64,000 bases of DNA from Candidatus Aminicenantes bacterium (GTDB taxonomy: Bacteria; Acidobacteriota; Aminicenantia; Aminicenantales; Saccharicenantaceae): assembly GCA_963813235.1 (NCBI GenBank), contig CAWEYF010000015.1:283003-347002 (forward strand). Reading direction: 5' to 3'. A program made the position numbers and the translations under genes. Below, piece by piece: positions 40,743 to 50,100 of the stretch (its first letter is position 1; every line of letters begins with the position of its first letter). The notes under the pieces are model-generated. The model made no database searches and was not told the origin of the DNA. It saw nothing but the letters and a program-made list of their open reading frames with translations.

Positions 40743-41489
40743 ATGGTCTCCATGGCCGAACTGAAGTCCCCGGACCGCTGCCCTCAGAACGATCCCTCGG
40801 TCGTCGCCGAATTGATCGGGGCGTCGAAGGTCTTCAAGACCGGCGGGCAGGAGATCGTCGCCCTCCAAAGAACCGACCTGCTCTTGAAAAAAAACCAGCT
40901 TCTCCTGATCATCGGACCCTCGGGTTCCGGAAAGACGACCTTGCTCTCGCTCCTCGGCTGTGTCCTCTATCCTACGGAAGGTTACGTCTGCATCCAGGGC
41001 GTCAACACCAAGGACCTCAACGATCGACAGCTGGCCAAGCTCCGCCGGACCCTCATCGGGTTCGTGTTTCAGAACTTCAACCTGATCTCACCTCTCAATT
41101 CCGAAGAGAACATCATGGTGCCCCTCCTCCTGAACAAATTTCCCAAAGACGCCGTCCGGGATAAAGTCCGGCGCGCTCAGGAAATGGTCGGGCTGACCCA
41201 TCGAAGAAGGTCCCTCCCCAGACAGCTGTCCGGCGGCGAGCAGCAGAGGGTGGCCATCGCCCGGGCCCTGGTCTCCGACCCCGCCATCATCCTCTGCGAC
41301 GAGCCAACGGCGGCGTTGGACTCCGGTTCCCTCGAGACGATCATGAAGGAGCTCCGCCATCTGGCCGATCTTGGTAAATCCGTGGCGGTCGTCACGCACG
41401 ACCCCCGACTCGAAAAATACGCGGATAAGATCATCTACATGGAAAACGGGAACGTCGTCGAAAAAAAGGGCAGGGATGGAACGCCATGA
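40743..41489 (+). CDS. DevA-family ABC exporter ATP-binding subunit
   Basis: Walker A GPSGSGKTT, Q-loop [45 protein letters not shown]. The second ATG (40752, MAELKS) is an alternative start. ATGA overlap with the next gene. Confidence 0.85.
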   Translation: MVSMAELKSPDRCPQNDPSVVAELIGASKVFKTGGQEIVALQRTDLLLKKNQLLLIIGPSGSGKTTLLSLLGCVLYPTEGYVCIQGVNTKDLNDRQLAKLRRTLIGFVFQNFNLISPLNSEENIMVPLLLNKFPKDAVRDKVRRAQEMVGLTHRRRSLPRQLSGGEQQRVAIARALVSDPAIILCDEPTAALDSGSLETIMKELRHLADLGKSVAVVTHDPRLEKYADKIIYMENGNVVEKKGRDGTP

Positions 41490-42445
41490 AAAGACCACGG
41501 ATGAAATTTCTCGGCTGGGCCCTGGCAACCCTGGCGGTCGGGTTCACGGCGGGGTGCCGATCGGAGACGGCCTCCCCGCCGGAGGACAAGCCGAAGATGG
41601 ACATGTCCCCCGCTCAGGTCGTGGGGCTCGGCCGGATCGAACCGGAGCTCAAGATCCTCGATCTCCAGAGCGAGGTATCCGGGACCGTGACGGGGATCTT
41701 CTTCCGCGCCGGCGACATCGCGGCTAAGGGCCAGACCCTCGTGGAGGTTTCAAGCGCAATCGAAAAGGCCGGGCTCGAGCTGAAAGCGGCGCAGGTCCAA
41801 TCCCAGCGTTCCCAGATCGACGCGGCCAAGGCCTCCCTGGGGTCGTCGCGCGCCAGGGCGGAAAATGCCCGGCTTTCCTTCATCCGGGCCAAGACCCTCA
41901 CCGAACAGGGCGCCCAGGCCCTGTCCATGCTCGACGCGGCCAGGGCCGACTATGATTCGCTGCTCGAGGACATCAAACGGCTCGAGGCGGGCGTACTAGC
42001 GGCCGAAGACCTCCTGAAGCAGTATCAGGCCGATCAAAGGCTGGCGCAGGCGGAATACGACCGGCGGTTCATCAAGGCTCCATCCGATGGGCAGATCCTG
42101 TCCCTGGAGATCACGGTCGGCTCGCTCATCTCGCCTGAGATGCCCTTCGGGACATTCGCCCCGAACAGCCCGCTCATCGCCCGGGTCGAGATCGACGAGC
42201 TGTTCGCCGGCCTCATCCAGCCGGGACAGAAAGCCTACGTCCGGGCGCCGGGGATGACGGAGGCGCTGGCCCGGGGCAAGGTCACATTCGCCGGCCCTTC
42301 CCTGAGAAAGAAATCTCTGTTCTCCGACGACGTCGGGTCTCTGGAAGACCGGCGCGTCCGGGAGATCCGGATCACCCTGGATCCCGGATCCCGCATCCTG
42401 TTCGGGACCCGGGTGGAGGGCGTCATCCTGCTCAAGGAGTCCTGA
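41486..42445 (+). CDS. DevB-family membrane-fusion lipoprotein
   Basis: Lipobox LAVGFTAGC. VVGLGRIEPELKILDLQSEVSGTVTGIFFRAGDIAAKGQTLVEV matches the DevB-type 'GRIEP' N-terminal signature. A coiled-coil middle is followed by a beta-barrel-like C-terminus. Confidence 0.8.
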   Translation: MKRPRMKFLGWALATLAVGFTAGCRSETASPPEDKPKMDMSPAQVVGLGRIEPELKILDLQSEVSGTVTGIFFRAGDIAAKGQTLVEVSSAIEKAGLELKAAQVQSQRSQIDAAKASLGSSRARAENARLSFIRAKTLTEQGAQALSMLDAARADYDSLLEDIKRLEAGVLAAEDLLKQYQADQRLAQAEYDRRFIKAPSDGQILSLEITVGSLISPEMPFGTFAPNSPLIARVEIDELFAGLIQPGQKAYVRAPGMTEALARGKVTFAGPSLRKKSLFSDDVGSLEDRRVREIRITLDPGSRILFGTRVEGVILLKES

Positions 42446-42454
42446 CGGCCCGCC

Positions 42455-43576
42455 ATGCTGCGATTCGCCTTCCGTTTCATCACCTACGACAAGGCCAAAT
42501 CCATCGGCGTCGTCTTGGGCATCGTCATTTCCACGTTCCTCGTGGGCCAGCAAACCGGGATATTCCTGTTCCTGACAGGGGCCATGGCCTCGCTCGTGGA
42601 CAACACCCGGACCGATCTCTGGATCGTCGACAACAAGACGACCAACGTCAACGCCCTCGGCCCGATCGACGTACGGATCGGACGTCAGCTCGAGTCCGTG
42701 CCGGGCGTCCGGAAAGCCTATCCGTTCATCGTGGCCGGAGGGACGGCCAAGTTCGAGGCGGGGCAGTCCGCGCCCGTCCAGATCATCGGCGTCCAGCCGC
42801 CGAGCTTCCGCGGCGGCCCGTGGCGGATCGTCAGCGGCGCCCTGACCGATCTTCTCGAAGAGGGGGCGGTTTCCGTCGACGTCTTCGAGCGGAAGAACCT
42901 GAACAACGCCGGGATGGGAACGTCGTTCGAGATCAACGGCCGGCGGGCGCATGTCGCCGTGGTGAGCCGCGGCGTCCGGGGATTCGGAGGAATCTTCATG
43001 TTCACGACGGTGTCCCGGGCCCGGGAATTCGGCGGCATCCCCACTAATAAGGTCAGCGCCTTCCTTGTCGAAACCCAGGCGGAGGCCGATCTTCGAGCCA
43101 TCCGGGACCACATCAACGCCTCGATCTTCGGGGTTCGGGCCTGGACCAAGAAGGATTTTTCGCGGGCCACGGTGTCCACCATCTTAGCGACGAGCGGCAT
43201 CGCGCTGTCCATCGGGACCCTGATCATCTTCGCGGTCATCGCCGGGATGATCATCATCGGCCTGACCATGTACTCGGCGGCCGTCGACCGGCTCCGGGAT
43301 TACGGAACGCTCAAAGCTATCGGGGCCGACAACCGGTATATCCGGAAGCTGATCATGGCCCAAGCGCTCATCTTCGGACTCGTCGGCTACGGGATCGCCG
43401 TCTTTTTCATCCAGGGATTCCGGAGCGGGATCGCCAAGTCCGGGATCCTTTTCGATTACAGCCCGGAGATCAAGATCGGGTTTTTCGTCATCACGATCCT
43501 GATCGCCCTGGCCGGCGCGGCCTTCGCCATGCGCCGCATCGCCAAGATCGAGCCCGCTTCGGTCTTTCGCACCTGA
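42455..43576 (+). CDS. DevC-family (MacB/FtsX-type) ABC exporter permease
   Basis: 373 aa. TM1 (SIGVVLGIVISTFLVG), then a large periplasmic domain, then a three-helix FtsX-type C-terminus (...IFAVIAGMIIIGLTMYSAAVDRLRDYGTLKAIGA...). Confidence 0.8.
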   Translation: MLRFAFRFITYDKAKSIGVVLGIVISTFLVGQQTGIFLFLTGAMASLVDNTRTDLWIVDNKTTNVNALGPIDVRIGRQLESVPGVRKAYPFIVAGGTAKFEAGQSAPVQIIGVQPPSFRGGPWRIVSGALTDLLEEGAVSVDVFERKNLNNAGMGTSFEINGRRAHVAVVSRGVRGFGGIFMFTTVSRAREFGGIPTNKVSAFLVETQAEADLRAIRDHINASIFGVRAWTKKDFSRATVSTILATSGIALSIGTLIIFAVIAGMIIIGLTMYSAAVDRLRDYGTLKAIGADNRYIRKLIMAQALIFGLVGYGIAVFFIQGFRSGIAKSGILFDYSPEIKIGFFVITILIALAGAAFAMRRIAKIEPASVFRT

Positions 43577-43590
43577 CAAAGGAGGACATC

Positions 43591-44004
43591 ATGACGTTCA
43601 AAGAAACGTTGATCCTGTACGGGGTCACCCTCGCGGTCTTTTTCCTGATCGATATGATCTGGCTTGGCCTGGTGGCCAAGGGCTTCTACCGGCGGCACTT
43701 GGGCGGCTTCCTCAGCCCCAATGTCCGCTGGGGCGCGGCATTCCTCTTTTACCTGCTCTATATCGTCGGCCTGCTCGTCTTCGTCGTCCGCCCCGCTCTG
43801 CTGCGTGGCGCGCCGCTCGAAGCGCTGGTCTTCGGGGCTCTGTTCGGGCTGATCTGCTACGCGACGTACGATCTGAGCAATATGGCGACGCTCAAGAATT
43901 GGCCGCTGATCGTGACCGTGGTCGACCTCGTTTGGGGAACGGTCCTGGGCGGGGTCGTATCGCTCCTGAGCACCGTCATCGGCCGTACCTGGCTCAAGCT
44001 CTGA
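43591..44004 (+). CDS. small four-helix membrane protein (DUF2177-like by recollection)
   Basis: 137 aa. AAGGAGG SD. MTFKETLILYGVTLAVFFLIDMIWLGLVAKGFY... Starts 15 nt after the DevC-type gene. Confidence 0.5.
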   Translation: MTFKETLILYGVTLAVFFLIDMIWLGLVAKGFYRRHLGGFLSPNVRWGAAFLFYLLYIVGLLVFVVRPALLRGAPLEALVFGALFGLICYATYDLSNMATLKNWPLIVTVVDLVWGTVLGGVVSLLSTVIGRTWLKL

Positions 44005-44149
44005 GCCGTCGTCCGTCCGTCATGGTACGGGTTCGCGCCGCGTGGCGATAAAGAGATCGTAATCGGCTACGGTATCTGCTACACTTAGTCATCAGAATTC
44101 TTTTTCGCGTTCAAAGAATGTCCCCTAACATCAAAAGGAGACCTCACAC

Positions 44150-47100
44150 ATGCAGGTGAGCAGGAGGGCCATTCGCAGGACCTTGCTCCATTTGTGGGCG
44201 CGTCTCCGCAGAAGCGGCTTGGCCCAAAAACTCGCCAGTACCGCGCCACCGCTGCGATCGGAACTGTTCAGCAGCGACCAGATGATGCAGCATGGCAAGG
44301 CCCTGGCGGAATCGCATGCGCTGAGTTCGGGAAGCGCTCCGGACCAGTTGCTGGCGCGGCTCGCGGAGAACGAAGCCGTCCTGATTGGAACCTGCCAGCT
44401 GCTTACGGAGGCGGTCCAGACCCATCGGCGGATCGCGCCGGCCGGGGAATGGCTGCTCGACAACTTCTATCTGATCGAAGAACAGATTCGCACGGCCAAG
44501 CGCCACTTGCCCAGGGGTTACAGCCGGGAACTGCCACGCTTGCTGAACGGCCCATCGGCCGGCCTTCCCCGCGTGTATGACATCGCGCTGGAGACGATTT
44601 CGCACGGCGACGGACGGATCGACCTGGAAAGTCTCAGCAGTTTCGTAGCTGCCTACCAAACGGTGACCGTTTTGAAGTTGGGCGAAATATGGGCCATTCC
44701 GATCATGCTGCGCCTGGCCCTCATCGAGAATCTCCGACGCGTCGCAGCCCGGATCGCGGCCGATAGGATCGACCGCAACCGCGCCGACTACTGGGCGGAC
44801 CAGATGACGGAGACCGCCGAGAAAGACCCGAAGAGTCTCGTTCTCGTGATCGCGGACATGGCGCGTTCGAGCCCGCCCATGGTGAGTTCGTTTGTCGCGG
44901 AATTGGCCCGGCGGTTGCAGGGACAGAGCCCCGCTTTGGCATCGCCCCTCACCTGGATCGAACAGCGGCTCTCCGAGTCCGGCCTGACGATCAAGCAGTT
45001 GGTGCAGTCGGAGAACCAACAACAGGCCGCCGACCAGGTTTCCATAAGCAACAGCATCGGCAGCCTCCGCTTTCTGGGGGCGATGGACTGGCGCGAGTTC
45101 GTCGAGACGATGAGCGTTGTCGAGCAGGTCCTGCGGGAGGATCCCGGAGGAGTCTACGGCAAGATGGATTTTGGCACCCGGGATCGCTACCGTCATATCG
45201 TCGAGAAGATCGCGAGGAGCAGCCCACTGTCCGAGAGCGAGGTGGCCCGCAAAGCGGTCCAATTGGCCCGCGAAGGGGCGGCCCAGAAAGGCAGCGACGA
45301 ACGAACGGCACATGTCGGGTACTACCTGATCGACAAGGGATGGCGACGGCTCGAGCGAACGGCGGAGGTGCGTCGCTCCATTCCTGAGGTTCTCCGGCGA
45401 GTGAGCGACCGGTTTCCTTTGCTCCTTTATCTGGGCACGATCGCGCTGATCACGGCGATCTTCACCGGGAGTTTGTTGGCCAAGGCGCATGCCGGCGGGC
45501 TCCGGGGTTGGCGCCTCGCGCTGATCGGGCTCCCCTTGCTGCTCGGGGCCAGTCATCTTGCGGTGGCGTTGGCGAATTGGCTGGCCACCCTGGCGGCGAC
45601 GCCGCGATTGCTGCCGCGGATGGACTTTTCCGGAGGAATTCCGCCGGAATCGCGCTCTCTCGTGGTGATCCCGACCATGCTCACGAGCGCTCAAAACATC
45701 GAGGATCTGGTCGAGGCTCTGGAGGTCCGGTTTCTGGCCAATCGGGACGAAAACCTGCAATTCGGCCTTCTGACGGATTATCGGGACGCCCGGGAGGAAA
45801 CGATCCCGGACGACGAGCCGCTGTTGCGGCTGGCCCGGAAGGGAATCGAAGAATTGAATGAAAAGTACAGGAGCGTCAAGGGCGACACGTTCTTCCTCTT
45901 TCATCGCCCGCGACGCTGGAACCCCCGGGAGCGGATTTGGATGGGCTACGAGCGCAAACGGGGGAAGCTTGCGGAATTGAATGCGCTCCTGCGCGGCGGT
46001 TCAAAAGACGGTTTCTCCCTCATCGTCGGGGATATTGCCGTCTTGTCGAACGTGAAGTACGTGATCACCCTGGACACGGATACGCAGCTCCCCCGCGATT
46101 CGGCCTGGCAGTTTGCGGGAGCCATGGCCCATCCGCTGAATCGGGCGCGGTACGATGAGGACAAGCAGCGGATCGATGAAGGGTACGGCATCCTCCAGCC
46201 GCGCGTGGCCGTGAGCCTGCCGGGAATGAACCGGTCGCGCTACGCGCGATTGTGCGGCAGCGAGCCGGGCATCGACCCGTACACCCGGGTTGTCTCCGAT
46301 GTCTACCAGGACGCGTTCGGTGAAGGCTCGTTCATCGGTAAGGGGATCTATGACGTCGATGCGTTCGAGCGGGTCCTCAAGGGGCGCTTTCCCGAGAACC
46401 GGATCCTCAGCCACGACCTGGTGGAAGGATGCTACGCGCGGGCGGGGCTGTTGAGCGACGTGCTGTTGTACGAGGAATATCCATCCCGCTACAGCGCGGA
46501 CGTGAGCCGGCGGCGCCGCTGGATTCGCGGGGATTGGCAAATTGCCCGCTGGATGCTTCCGGGCGTTCCCGGCCCCGGGGGAAGTCGCCTGAAGAATCCG
46601 CTCTCCGGGCTGTCCCGATGGAAGATTCTCGACAATCTTCGTCGGAGCCTCGTATCGGCGGCGTTGACCCTGCTGTTGCTCCTCGGCTGGACCGTCTTGA
46701 CGCCGCACTGGTTATGGACCCTGGCCGTCATCGGAACCGTCCTGATCCCTCCCTGGATGGCCTCTATTCTGGATCTGTTTCAGAAGCCGGGCGACGTGCT
46801 GTTACGTCAGCATTTCGCCGCGACGGTGCGAGCGGCGGGTCGGCGCTCCGCTCAGGCGGCCTTTACGTTCGCGTGCCTTCCCTACGAGGCTTTCTTCAGT
46901 CTGGGAGCGATCGGACGCACGGTCGCACGGATCCTGCTGACCCACCGGCGACTTCTGGAATGGAATCCGTCGGGCAGCGCGGATCGCCAAAGCCGCACGA
47001 ACCTCGCCGCCTCCTGGCGGACGATGTGGATCGCTCCCGCCCTGGCCATTGCCGCGGCGGTTTATCTGGCTTTTTCGAGGCCGGCCGCGCTCGGTGTGGC

Positions 47101-50100
47101 CGGGCCCATCCTGGGCCTCTGGTTTGCCTCTCCAGCCATCGCCTGGTGGATCAGCCGGCCTCTCGCTCGCCGGGGGACAAAGCTGACGGCCGATCAGGCC
47201 CTCTTTCTCAGGAAGCTGGCCCGAAAGACCTGGGCGTTCTTCGAGACTTTCGTCGGCCCGGAAGATCACGGACTGCCGCCGGATAACTATCAAGAGCATC
47301 CGAATCCCGCGGTGGGGCATAGAACGTCGCCCACCAATATGGGACTCGCTCTCCTGGCAAACTTGTCCGCGTACGACTTTGGCTATATTTCGGCCGGACA
47401 ACTCATCGGGCGCACGGAGAATGCCTTTCGCTCGATGGAAGCCTTGGAACGGCACCGGGGCCACTTCTATAACTGGTATGACACCCAATCTCTGAAACCG
47501 CTGCAACCGACCTATATTTCGACGGTGGACAGCGGGAACCTCGCGGGCCATCTGCTGACTTTGCGCCCGGGTCTGCTCGCCCTTCCCGATCGCCCCATCC
47601 TGGAAGCACGATGGTTTGACGGACTCAGCGACACCCTGCGGATTCTTGTGGATGCTGCGGGTGAAGCCGCTCCAGCCCAGCTCGGTCAACTCCAGAAGCA
47701 ACTGGCGTCGGCGTCCGCCTCCCGGCCAACGACGCTCGCAGCGGCACAGCGAACCATTAGCCAGCTGGCGGCATCCGCCGCCGCGGAGGTGGCTCGCAGC
47801 CTCGATGCGGACCCCGCAAGCCAGGCGAGCTGGTGGGCCCACGCCTTCGCCCGGCAATGCCAAGACGCCGTCGATGAGCTGACCTTCCTCACGCCTTGGG
47901 CCCTGCTGCCGATTTCTCCGAATGGATTAAACAACTTTCGCGGCCTCGATGAGATTCCCACGCTGCGCGAACTGGCCGGATTCGAGGGGAAGTTGCTGCC
48001 GGCCATTGAGGATCGCCTCGGCACGGAGCCGATTCCCGAGGAAAACGAGCGATCCAGCGAGCTTCGCCGGCTCATCACCCAAGCGAGTCGCCGCGCTAAA
48101 GAAAGAATCGCGGCCATCGAACGCTTGGCGCGGCAATCCGGCGAAATGGCCGATATGGAGTATGACTTCCTGTTTGACAAGGCGCGTCATCTGCTGGCGA
48201 TCGGTTACAACGTCGGTGAGCGACGTCGGGACTCGAGTTACTACGATCTGCTGGCTTCCGAAGCAAGATTGTCCACTTTCGTAGCGATCGCGCAGGGAAA
48301 ACTGCCCCAGGAGAGCTGGTTTGCCTTGGGGCGCCTGCTCACCATCGCCGGCGGAAAACCGATCCTCCTTTCGTGGAGCGGTTCGTTGTTTGAGTATCTT
48401 ATGCCGCTTCTCGTGATGCCGACCTACGAAGACACCCTGCTCGACCAGACCTACCGGGCGGCGGTAGAAAGCCAGATCGCATATGGAAGGCACCGCGGGG
48501 TCCCGTGGGGGAGTTCGGAGTCCGGCTTCAATGCGATCGACGTTCATCTCAATTACCAGTACCGGGCGTTCGGCGTGCCCGGCCTGGGCCTCAAACGCGG
48601 CCTCGCCGATGATTTGGTCATTGCCCCGTATGCCTCGGTGCTCGCCCTGATGGTGGCGCCCGAGGAGGCGTGCCTGAATCTCGAGCGACTGGCCGCCGAA
48701 GGGTTTGAAGGAAAATACGGCTTTTATGAAGCGATCGACTATACTCCTTCGCGGCTGCCCCGCGGAAAATCCAACGCCGTGGTCCGTTCCTTCATGGCCC
48801 ATCACGAAGGCATGAGCTTGCTCTCTTTGGCCTACGTACTCCTGGACCGTCCGATGCAGAAACGATTTCAGTCGGACCCGTTAGTCCAGGCGACCACGCT
48901 ATTGCTCCAGGAACGAGTTCCCAAGGCCACGGCCACCTATTCGCACGCGGCCGAGTCCTCAGACTCACGTACGACTCCCAATGGCGTAGAAACGCCGGTG
49001 CGTATTTTCAGCAGTCCGAACACGTCGATACCGGAAGTGCAGTTGTTGTCGAACGGCAGATACCACGTGATGATCACGAACGCCGGCGGCGGGTACAGCC
49101 GCTGGAAGAACATGGCCGTCACCCGCTGGCGCGAAGACAGCACATGTGACAACTGGGGCACATTTTGTTACCTCCGCGACCTGGCCAGTGGGGAGTTCTG
49201 GTCGACCGCCTATCAGCCGACACTCAAGCCTTCGGACCATTACGAAGCGATCTTCTCGGAGGCGAAAGCGGAGTTCCGCCGTCGCGATCACGATTTCGAC
49301 ACCCATACGGAGATCGCCGTTTCGCCCGAGGATGATATCGAACTGCGTCGCATCACAATCACCAACCACTCTCACACGCACCGGACGATCGACGTCACGA
49401 GTTACGCAGAAGTCGTTCTCGCCTCGCCTGCCGCGGACGCCCTGCATCCGGCGTTCAGCAATCTCTTCGTTCAGACCGAGATCCTCCGCCCGCAGGGGGC
49501 GATTCTCTGCAGTCGCCGGCCCCGCTCGGAGGGTGAGCGGGCGCCATGGATGTTCCATCTGATGGCCGTGCACGGGGCCGACATCGGAGAAATTTCCTAT
49601 GAGACCGACCGCATGCAGTTCATCGGCCGCGAGCACACGGTCGCCGATCCGCAGGCGATGGACGGGTCCGCAGCGCTCTCGGGCAGCCAGGGCTCTGTGC
49701 TCGACCCGATCGTGGCGATCCGGTATCGGATCACGTTAGATCCGGAAGCATCGGTGACCATCAATATTGTTTCCGGCATCGGCGAGACGCGAAGCGCCTG
49801 CCTGAGCTTCGTCGGGAAATACCAGGATCGGCGTCTGGCGGACCGCGTCTTCGATCTGGCGTGGTCACACAGCCAGGTGGTCCTGCGGCAGCTGAATGCC
49901 ACCGAGGCTGACGCGCAACTTTGCGGACACCTGGCCAGCTCCGTCATCTACGCCAATTCCTCGCTGCGCGCCGATGCGAGCCTTCTCATCAAGAACCGCC
50001 GCGGGCAATCCGGTCTCTGGGGCTACTCCATCTCCGGCGATTTGCCCATCGTCCTGCTGCAGATCGGCGACCCGGCCAATATCGATCTCGTGCGTCAACT

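Noticed and set aside
34901-43111. Long opposite-strand ORFs within the island (34901..36967 +, 36964..37989 +, 38640..39692 +, 39443..40081 +, 41996..43111 -)
   Set aside because: Each lies antisense to a gene with clear ABC, GT or MFP motifs. There are no motifs of their own and no SD or start context.
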